DNA from: Patescibacteria group bacterium
GTDB taxonomy: Bacteria; Patescibacteriota; Microgenomatia; UBA10105; UBA927
Direction of reading: 5' to 3'
DNA: 64,000 nucleotides
Assembly: GCA_049322955.1 (NCBI GenBank)
Contig: JBMOPU010000012.1
Coordinates: 543,199-607,198 of the forward strand
Numbering within the stretch: position 1 is the first letter of the stretch; each line of letters begins with the position of its first letter. A model generated the notes under the pieces. That model searched no databases. It saw only the letters and a program-made list of their open reading frames with translations, and was not told the origin of the DNA. This document shows positions 55,083 to 64,000 of this stretch, in pieces. The position numbers and the translations under genes were made by a program.

Positions 55083-55826
55083 ATGGAAAACAAATCAACC
55101 AGTGTCGCGATTATTGTCAGTTCCCTACTTTTTGTCACGCTTATCGGTATCGGTGGTATGTTCCTTCCTTCATGGGGCAAATTTGAGCTTACGCCGACAA
55201 AGACCGTGACGGTTGTCGGCGAAGCGAAATCTCAGGAAAAAAGTCAGATTGCGATATTTTCCGCGGGGGTAAATGCCTTTAACGATGACAAGAATACGGC
55301 AGTCAATGAGGTGAATAAAAAAGTCGAAGCGATCATTACCGCCGTCAAAGAATTCGGAGTCCCCGCTTCCGACATCAAGACACAGAGCCTCAACATCTAT
55401 CAGAACCAGGAACAATATTATGATGCCGACGGGCGTCAGCGGTATCGAGCGGGACAGTGGAATGTAAGCAACACCGTGGAAATAAAACTCAAGGATGTGG
55501 ATCGTGCGGGTACGCTTGCGGGGGTGTTGACCAAGACCGGTGCCAATAACGTGTACGGACCGAACTTTACCTTCGATGATACCAGCGAACAGGCAACGGC
55601 GCTTCTCGATGCCGCATACAAGAATGCGGAAGCCAAAGCGATGAAGGTCGCCCAGAGTACGGGGAAGAAGCTTGGTAGTGTGGTCAGTGTTTCTGAGGCA
55701 GGTGCCGCGTCGCAAGTGATGCCGCTGTATCGCATGGAAGGCGGCGGTGGCGGCGGCGGTGGGGCCGTCGAACCGGGAAGCGGTACGGTAAGTAAAAGCG
55801 TGATCGTCACTTTCGAACTTAAATAA
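55083..55826 (+). CDS. SIMPL-domain (DUF541) protein, second paralogue, with C-terminal poly-Gly tract
   Basis: Same architecture as 52519..53256 (TM anchor plus SIMPL core). Gly8 run (MEGGGGGGGGAVEPGSG) encoded by a GGC/GGT repeat at 55741-55768. Confidence 0.6.
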   Translation: MENKSTSVAIIVSSLLFVTLIGIGGMFLPSWGKFELTPTKTVTVVGEAKSQEKSQIAIFSAGVNAFNDDKNTAVNEVNKKVEAIITAVKEFGVPASDIKTQSLNIYQNQEQYYDADGRQRYRAGQWNVSNTVEIKLKDVDRAGTLAGVLTKTGANNVYGPNFTFDDTSEQATALLDAAYKNAEAKAMKVAQSTGKKLGSVVSVSEAGAASQVMPLYRMEGGGGGGGGAVEPGSGTVSKSVIVTFELK

Positions 55827-55847
55827 AGCGCGCTATACTGGCACGCA

Positions 55848-56429
55848 ATGTCACAACGCATTGAGGCGAGCCCGTTGTATCAGGTATTTCTTGCTCCGCC
55901 AAAAGAACACCATCGTGTGGAATTAATCGGGTGGCGGAGTAAAGTCATCCCCTTTTCCCGTCCGACCCGCAGGCTTGGCGATCGCGGTTGGATTCTCCTG
56001 ACGGGTTGCTTTGACGGGAAAGCGCTTTCCGAAGGACATCTTTCCCTTTTTCAGGCATTGGCGCGTATAGCCCCCCTCATTGTTGCGGTGGAGTCGGATG
56101 AAACGCTGTGGTGGAATAAGGGAATGTTCCGCCCGTATCTGCATCAGGAAGATCGTGTCGCACGGGTGGCGCGTCGACCGGAAGTAGAAGGCGTCATTCC
56201 CTTTGCGGATACCGTTTTTTACGGTGGGCGCTATCCGATAACAAAGAGTCGTGGGCGTTTTGTGGAGCGTTTTACGGTGCTTCACCCGCCGATGGTACCC
56301 ATCGCATCGGAAGATCCGTTGAATGCCTACCCGTTTGGAATGAACGCCGATGCGAAAAATATCGGGGCGACCCGTTTGGTCTATGAGTATTACCCTACCC
56401 CATCCACGTCACAACGGCTGGGATACTGA
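55848..56429 (+). CDS. Cytidylyltransferase-like (HxGH-type nucleotidyltransferase fold) domain protein with variant SxGH motif
   Basis: ILLTGCFDGKALSEGHLSLFQALARIAPLIVAVESDE resembles G-FD-H-GH ... liVgv-sDe of CTP-dependent cytidylyltransferases. The first His is replaced by Ser. Confidence 0.35.
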   Translation: MSQRIEASPLYQVFLAPPKEHHRVELIGWRSKVIPFSRPTRRLGDRGWILLTGCFDGKALSEGHLSLFQALARIAPLIVAVESDETLWWNKGMFRPYLHQEDRVARVARRPEVEGVIPFADTVFYGGRYPITKSRGRFVERFTVLHPPMVPIASEDPLNAYPFGMNADAKNIGATRLVYEYYPTPSTSQRLGY

Positions 56430-56431
56430 GG

Positions 56432-58954
56432 TTATTTCGTAAGGCATGTCGCCGCGGCAATCGTGTCGGATTTATCGGCAAACCGCATCAGTATAACCCC
56501 GCTGGTTGCGCGTGACAGTTGCGGAATGGATTTCATAGGGAGCTTTACCACCTGGCCTTTGGTGGAGGTCAGAATGACCTCTTCGCAATCCGCGGGAACG
56601 AGTTGGCTCACCGCGATTTTCCCCGTTTTGTCCTTGATTTCCGCGACTTTTACTCCCTGTCCTCCGCGTTTCTGCTTGGGGAATCCGGATACAGCGGTCT
56701 TTTTCCCCAATCCCTTTTCCATGACGGTTAAAAAGTCCGCTTTTTTGGTTTCATCGTTAATGACTTCCATGGCGACGACGTAGTCGCCCGGTTTGGCGAG
56801 AATTCCCCGTACGCCCATGGTGTCGCGTCCCGTATGGCGGACTTCACTTTCACTGAAACGAATGGATTTTCCTTCATGAGTAACCAGTAACACGTCATCT
56901 TCGCCGCTTGTCAGCTTGGCCCAAATAAGCTCATCTCCCGCTTCAAGCTTGATGGCTAAGAGTCCGTTCCTGCGGATATTTTCGTATTCGGAAAGCTTGG
57001 TCTTTTTGACGACGCCTTTTTTGGTCGCCATCAAAATATAGTTAATGCCTTTTTCCTTCTGTTCCGTCCGCTTCAGGCTATAGGTAAGCATGGACGTTAC
57101 CTTTTCACTGCTTTCGATGTTAATAAGGTTCACGACCGCCTGTCCTTTGGATTGTCGGCTGGCCTCGGGAATATCCCAGACGCGTACCTGATATACCTTG
57201 CCTTTTTCGGTGAAAAAGAGCATGTTATCGTGTGTTTGGGCTGATACGAGTCGGTCGATGGCGTCTTCTTCTTTGGTGGTCATCCCGATGACTCCTTTGC
57301 CGCCCCGCTCCTGGAGTTTGAAGGTGGTGCGTGGCACGCGTTTGATGTAGCCGGTTTCGGTCATCGTAATGATGGTTTCCTCATTGGCGATGAGTTGTTC
57401 GTCGGAGAGTTCGCCTACTTTGCTCTTATAGACGCGGGTTTTTCTGTTGTCGCCGTATTTTTCCTTAAGCTTGGTGAGCTCTTCTTTAATGACCTTCAGT
57501 ACTTTTTCCGGGTGGGCAAGCAAATCTTCAAGATACGCGATCGTTTCCCGGATCATGGCAAGTTCGTCCTCGATCTTCTGGCGTTCCAATGCGGCGAGTT
57601 TCCGTAACTGCATGTCAAGGATTGCGGTGGCCTGGATTTCTGAAAGTTTAAAGCGTGCCATGAGTTTTGCCTTGGCGTCGTCGGCATCCTTTGCCTTTTT
57701 GATAATCGCGATGACTTCATCGATATGATCGACCGCAATTTTGAGTCCCTCAAGGATATGCTCACGCGCTTTCGCTTCTTTAAGTTCAAACTCGCTTCGG
57801 CGATAAATGACGTCATGACGGTGCTTCAGATACTCTTCGAGAATCTCGCGAAGGGTAAGCGTCCTCGGGGTGCCGTCCACCAGTGCCACCACGTTCATCG
57901 GGAAGGTCGATTGCAGTTCGGTATATTTATACAGATTATTGAGGACCTTATTGGGCTGTGCGTCGCGTTTGAGTTCGACGACCACCCGAATACCGCGGCG
58001 GTCGGATTCATCACGAAGGTCTGAAATACCTTCGAGACGCTTGTCTTTGACCAAATCTGCAATTTTGGCGACTAAATTGGCTTTGTTCACCTGGTAAGGA
58101 AGTTCGGTGATGGCAATCATGCTTTTCCCGTTGCCGATTTCTTCAATTTCGGCTTTGCCTCGCATGACGATTTTGCCTTTGCCGGTGGAGTATGCGTTTC
58201 TGATTTCGTTAATGTCGTAGATGGCTCCGGCGGTCGGAAAATCCGGTCCTTGGACGAAGTTCATGAGGTCCTCGAGGGTGACGTCAAAGGTCATGCCGAA
58301 TTTTTTGGATTCCCCTTCCGCGGTGACTGTCGTGGTTGCCTTCTTATCTATGGTTGCCTTGCTGATTAAGAAAATGATGGCATCCACAAGCTCGGTAAGA
58401 TTGTGGGGCGGAATCTTCGTGGCCATACCGACGGCGATACCCTCACTTCCCATAAGAAGCAGGTTCGGGAGTTTGGCGGGAAGATACACCGGTTCCGGGA
58501 TCGAGCCGTCAAAGTTCGGAATGAAATCAACGGTTTCTTTCTCGATATCCAAAAGCATCTCATCGGCGATAGAATCCAGGCGGCATTCCGTGTACCGCAT
58601 GGCGGCGGCAGGGTCGCCGTCAATGGAACCGAAGTTTCCCTGTCCGTCCACCAAGGTATAGCGCATGGAAAAATCCTGCGCCAACCGGACGAGCGCCTCA
58701 TAGACGGACGAATCTCCGTGCGGGTGATATTTACCCAGCACATCTCCCACCACGGTCGCTGACTTTTTGTACTTACTGCTGTGGTGAAGACCCGCCTGAT
58801 GCATGGCATACAGAATTCTCCGGTGCACCGGCTTTAATCCGTCACGCACATCGGGAAGCGCACGGGCGACGATAACGCTCATCGCATAGTCCATATAGGA
58901 CTTCTGCATTTCGGTGACTATTTCGCTGGGTTGGATTTTGCCGATGTGTGCCAT
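56432..58954 (-). CDS. gyrA: DNA gyrase subunit A
   Basis: N-terminal DNA breakage-reunion domain with active-site Tyr context (AAMRYTE), QRDR region ([15 protein letters not shown]), C-terminal beta-pinwheel repeats; 840 aa. Confidence 0.95.
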   Translation of the reverse strand: MAHIGKIQPSEIVTEMQKSYMDYAMSVIVARALPDVRDGLKPVHRRILYAMHQAGLHHSSKYKKSATVVGDVLGKYHPHGDSSVYEALVRLAQDFSMRYTLVDGQGNFGSIDGDPAAAMRYTECRLDSIADEMLLDIEKETVDFIPNFDGSIPEPVYLPAKLPNLLLMGSEGIAVGMATKIPPHNLTELVDAIIFLISKATIDKKATTTVTAEGESKKFGMTFDVTLEDLMNFVQGPDFPTAGAIYDINEIRNAYSTGKGKIVMRGKAEIEEIGNGKSMIAITELPYQVNKANLVAKIADLVKDKRLEGISDLRDESDRRGIRVVVELKRDAQPNKVLNNLYKYTELQSTFPMNVVALVDGTPRTLTLREILEEYLKHRHDVIYRRSEFELKEAKAREHILEGLKIAVDHIDEVIAIIKKAKDADDAKAKLMARFKLSEIQATAILDMQLRKLAALERQKIEDELAMIRETIAYLEDLLAHPEKVLKVIKEELTKLKEKYGDNRKTRVYKSKVGELSDEQLIANEETIITMTETGYIKRVPRTTFKLQERGGKGVIGMTTKEEDAIDRLVSAQTHDNMLFFTEKGKVYQVRVWDIPEASRQSKGQAVVNLINIESSEKVTSMLTYSLKRTEQKEKGINYILMATKKGVVKKTKLSEYENIRRNGLLAIKLEAGDELIWAKLTSGEDDVLLVTHEGKSIRFSESEVRHTGRDTMGVRGILAKPGDYVVAMEVINDETKKADFLTVMEKGLGKKTAVSGFPKQKRGGQGVKVAEIKDKTGKIAVSQLVPADCEEVILTSTKGQVVKLPMKSIPQLSRATSGVILMRFADKSDTIAAATCLTK

Positions 58955-58957
58955 AGG

Positions 58958-59476
58958 TTACTTATGTGCGATACCGTCGGTTATTTCTTTTTGTGCGACT
59001 TCCTTGCCTTTCCATTCCTTGAGTTTCACCCATTTGCCGGGCTCGAGTTCTTTATAATGTTCAAAGAAATGTTTGATCTTCGCCTTTACGGGTTGGGGAA
59101 TATCGGAAACATCTTTCATCGTGCCGTAGAACGGATCGGATTTTTCCGAAGGAACCGCAACAACCTTTGCGTCCACGCCCGATTCATCTTCCATTTCAAG
59201 GAGTCCGATGGGGGTGACGTTGACCATGACGCCGGGGTGTAACGGCTGACTGCAAAGCACCATGACATCCACGGGGTCGCCGTCACCTGATTTTGTGTTC
59301 GGAACAAATCCGTAGTTGGCGGGGTACCCCATGGTGGTGCGGACAAATCGATCGACCATGATCACTTCCGCTTCCTTATCCATTTCATACTTCACCATGC
59401 ATCCTTCGGGGATTTCGATGATGACGTTAATGTCTTCGGGCGGGTTCTTTCCTGGTTTGATTGCTGATAGGTTCAT
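58958..59476 (-). CDS. ppa: Inorganic pyrophosphatase (family I)
   Basis: Family I motifs: DGDPVDVMVL, metal-binding Asp/Glu pattern; 172 aa. Confidence 0.92.
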   Translation of the reverse strand: MNLSAIKPGKNPPEDINVIIEIPEGCMVKYEMDKEAEVIMVDRFVRTTMGYPANYGFVPNTKSGDGDPVDVMVLCSQPLHPGVMVNVTPIGLLEMEDESGVDAKVVAVPSEKSDPFYGTMKDVSDIPQPVKAKIKHFFEHYKELEPGKWVKLKEWKGKEVAQKEITDGIAHK

Positions 59477-59497
59477 AATTCCTCCTTTTATAAAAAA

Positions 59498-61423
<1,926 letters not shown>

Positions 61424-61468
61424 CTACCTTCTCAAGAAAAAAGAGAGCGACTTACGGACGCTCAAAAA

Positions 61469-62197
61469 TCATTGTACCCGATCATATTTTGGTTGTCCAG
61501 CCAGTTGTTTGTCTTTTTTTGCGTCATCAGTGATAAGGGCATGTTCAAGTGCAAGAAGCGGATGAATGTTGCCGAGTATCCGTTGTTTTGCCTGCAGGAG
61601 TCGGTGGATCAGACGCGTCTTAAACAGCCTCATTTCCTGTAGCTTTCCTGTGGTATCGGTATCGCGAATCGACTCACCCAGCAACACCAATGCCGTATCA
61701 ATCCACATGAGTATTTCGTCTTTGGATTTGCCGACGGTCTCGCAAAAAGCGATACGCTCCCCTACCGGCGTCATCATAAGATTCGTCAAAAAATCCGTCG
61801 TTTTTTTCAGTACTTCCCCTTGAACAGTCATGCCCTTTTGAGTGACGGGTATTTTGACGCATCGCGATATGACGGTGGGAAGTAATGCCGCGTCGTTTGC
61901 GACGGCAAGAATGAGATTGGCATGTGCGGGAGGTTCCTCGAGAGTTTTTAACAACGCCTGCTGTGCTTCCTGGGTGAGTAATTCCGCCTGGGGAATAATC
62001 CCCGCCGACACGTTGCCGTGCGTCGGGCGAAGTGATAGCGCCTTAATAAACGCGCGAATTTCCGTTATCCCGATCGTCGGACCCGTCAGTTCCGGGGAAA
62101 TACAATCGAACTCATGAATTCCCCGCGCGGTCATTTGTCGGGCTATTTCTTCGGTGCGTGAAGAAAGATCCCCGCCGATGATAAGATACGTGTGCAT
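61469..62197 (-). CDS. holB: DNA polymerase III delta-prime-like clamp-loader subunit
   Basis: AAA+-like fold with sensor motifs and the LLKTLEEPP box typical of HolB/DnaX. Start set at MHTYLIIGG. Confidence 0.6.
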   Translation of the reverse strand: MHTYLIIGGDLSSRTEEIARQMTARGIHEFDCISPELTGPTIGITEIRAFIKALSLRPTHGNVSAGIIPQAELLTQEAQQALLKTLEEPPAHANLILAVANDAALLPTVISRCVKIPVTQKGMTVQGEVLKKTTDFLTNLMMTPVGERIAFCETVGKSKDEILMWIDTALVLLGESIRDTDTTGKLQEMRLFKTRLIHRLLQAKQRILGNIHPLLALEHALITDDAKKDKQLAGQPKYDRVQ

Positions 62198-62303
62198 AGA
62201 TTTTCGTCTTTGTACTATAGTACTTTGCTTTCCTCTTGCAAAGCCGTTTGTTATCACGAATAATGGATATACCGACGCCTGTTGGTGTTTTGTGTTTTAA
62301 AAA

Positions 62304-64000
62304 ATGCCTATGTCTGCCCAAGATATCGTTTCGATTCTTATAGCCGAACATAAATTATCCGCCGAGCAGGGGGATAAAATCCGTACGGAATCCCTTAATT
62401 CGGGTATTCCCATAGAAGATCTGTTGGTCGGCAAATATGCGATTTCCCATGATGATTATTCCCGCGCCAAAGCGGAGTCATTGGGTATCCCCTTCGTAAC
62501 GGTTTCGGGGCGTGCGATTTCTCCCGATGTTATCAACTTCATTCCCGAACCGGTCGCACGGCGATATACGCTGGTGCCGTTTCAGATAGATCCGGATGAG
62601 CAGGCGGCGCTTTCGGTTGCGATGGTTGATCCGCTGGATTTTCAGGTTGTCGAATTTTTGGAAAAGAAATCAGGGCATCCCATCCGTCCCCACATGGGGC
62701 TTCGGGATGATATATTGGCGGCTATCGATGAACTGTATGCCCAAAATCTGGGAGCTGACGTCACGGCGGCGCTCGAAGAATCCTCACCGGCGATAAAAAC
62801 GTATGAAGCGGGCCGACTTGGAGAAGTCATCCGTGAAGCTCCCATCGCACAAATCGTGTCGGCTATCCTTGAACAGGCCATCCGTATCAGAGCTTCCGAC
62901 GTGCATATCGAACCGCAAACCGCCGAAACGCGCGTCCGTTACCGTGTCGACGGTATTTTGCAGGAACGCTTGGTATTGCCGCGAAGATTGCAGGAAGCGG
63001 TTATTTCCCGTATCAAAATTCTTGCGGATTTAAAAATTGACGAAAAGCGTGTTCCGCAAGACGGACGGTTCAACTTCAAAATGGGAGAAAACGAGGTTGA
63101 CCTTCGTGTTTCCACGCTCCCGACCGTGCACGGAGAAAAGGTAGTCATGCGGTTACTCAAAAAATCGGGCGGTATTCCTACGCTGAACGAGTTGGGACTC
63201 CGGGGGTTGGCCCTCAAGCACTTGGAGGCTTCGATCAGAAGACCGCACGGCGTCATCCTGGTAACCGGTCCTACCGGGTCCGGTAAAACGACCACGCTGT
63301 ATTCCGTGCTTGCCATATTAAATAACGCAAAAGTAAATATTATGACCCTTGAGGATCCGGTCGAATACGAAATAAACGGGGTGAACCAGGTGCAAATTAA
63401 TCCTGCCGCCGGATTGACGTTTGCGACGGGTCTGCGGAGTTTCCTTCGTCAGGATCCCAACATTATTCTTGTGGGAGAAATTCGTGATCAGGAAACGGCG
63501 GAACTTGCCATCCAAGCGGCTCTTACGGGTCATTTGGTTTTTTCGACGTTACACACCAACAATGCGGCGGGTGCGATTCCGCGGTTGATTGACTTGGGAG
63601 CCGAACCTTTTCTTGTCGCCTCCGCACTCAATGCGGTTGTCGGGCAACGGATAGCCCGAAGGCTTTGTCCGACCTGCAAGGAAGAATATGTTCCCGAAGA
63701 ACCGGTGCTTGTTGACCTTCGGCGTGTTGTCGGTACGCTATGGCCCCAGGATAAGCCGATGGTGCTGTATCGCGGAAAAGGTACCGTTGACGGCAAGCCG
63801 TGTGAGAGTTGCGGCGGCTCCGGATACCTGGGCCGGCTCGGGGTGTTTGAAGTGTTTCCCATTACCGATGCCATCAGTAAGCTCACGCTCACAAGAGCTC
63901 CCATGAGCGATATCGAAAAACAGGCGATTTCGGAAGGGATGATCACCATGAAACAGGACGGGTACCTTAAAGCATTGGAAGGAGTGACGACGATCGAAGA
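62304..64000 (+). CDS. Type II secretion / type IV pilus assembly ATPase (GspE/PilB family); 3' end lies outside the window
   Basis: Not in the ORF track (no stop inside the window). Own translation shows an N1 domain, Walker A GPTGSGKTTT, Asp box, Walker B ILVGEIRD, His box (LTGHLVFSTLHTN), and the zinc motif CPTC ... CESCGGSG. Confidence 0.88.
   Translation, partial: MPMSAQDIVSILIAEHKLSAEQGDKIRTESLNSGIPIEDLLVGKYAISHDDYSRAKAESLGIPFVTVSGRAISPDVINFIPEPVARRYTLVPFQIDPDEQAALSVAMVDPLDFQVVEFLEKKSGHPIRPHMGLRDDILAAIDELYAQNLGADVTAALEESSPAIKTYEAGRLGEVIREAPIAQIVSAILEQAIRIRASDVHIEPQTAETRVRYRVDGILQERLVLPRRLQEAVISRIKILADLKIDEKRVPQDGRFNFKMGENEVDLRVSTLPTVHGEKVVMRLLKKSGGIPTLNELGLRGLALKHLEASIRRPHGVILVTGPTGSGKTTTLYSVLAILNNAKVNIMTLEDPVEYEINGVNQVQINPAAGLTFATGLRSFLRQDPNIILVGEIRDQETAELAIQAALTGHLVFSTLHTNNAAGAIPRLIDLGAEPFLVASALNAVVGQRIARRLCPTCKEEYVPEEPVLVDLRRVVGTLWPQDKPMVLYRGKGTVDGKPCESCGGSGYLGRLGVFEVFPITDAISKLTLTRAPMSDIEKQAISEGMITMKQDGYLKALEGVTTIE

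Overview
This 64-kb window is gene-dense (about 75 protein genes, one tRNA, average coding GC near 50%) and most plausibly comes from a small-genome CPR/Patescibacteria-like bacterium; that assignment is inference. The reasons are a form III-like RuBisCO directly downstream of a ribose-1,5-bisphosphate isomerase (the nucleoside-salvage CO2-fixing shunt known from CPR and archaea), many 4-nt ATGA start/stop overlaps, several promoter-like elements with almost no leader, and a type IV pilus/T2SS ATPase at the 3' edge. TGA is used as a stop codon, so the standard genetic code applies (not the Gracilibacteria/SR1 code). Housekeeping content: prs (5'-truncated by the window), recR, cysS, msrB, dus, ychF, rpsF-ssb-rpsR, ctpA-like S41 peptidase, HtrA-like protease, rpmE, hisS, an Xaa-Pro aminopeptidase, dnaB, tRNA-Leu(CAA), NIF3, lgt, a DksA-like protein, RluA, a Kef-type antiporter, tgt, an LCP protein, yebC, a xerC/D-like recombinase, a Ddl-like ATP-grasp protein, folD, gyrB-ppa-gyrA, holB and a pilB/gspE-like gene. 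Unusual items, in rough order of interest: (1) a 1.25-kb AT-rich non-coding island (47.7-49.0 kb) full of direct and inverted copies of a 45-nt unit with a 17-bp semi-palindromic core, next to a xerC/D-like recombinase; (2) a small unknown ORF - R15P isomerase - form III RuBisCO operon; (3) an RF1-like release factor that lacks the whole N-terminal domain 1; (4) a signal-peptide bactofilin-like beta-helix repeat protein fused to a C-terminal polytopic membrane domain; (5) a five-gene minus-strand operon, Kelch beta-propeller - GT4 glycosyltransferase - MASE1/PAS histidine kinase - receiver-only response regulator - membrane-anchored protein; (6) an AT-rich, compositionally foreign ECF sigma factor gene; (7) a strongly RBS-driven 48-codon lysine-rich ORF translationally coupled to the LCP gene. 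All functional calls are from motif recognition by eye; no database searches were run.
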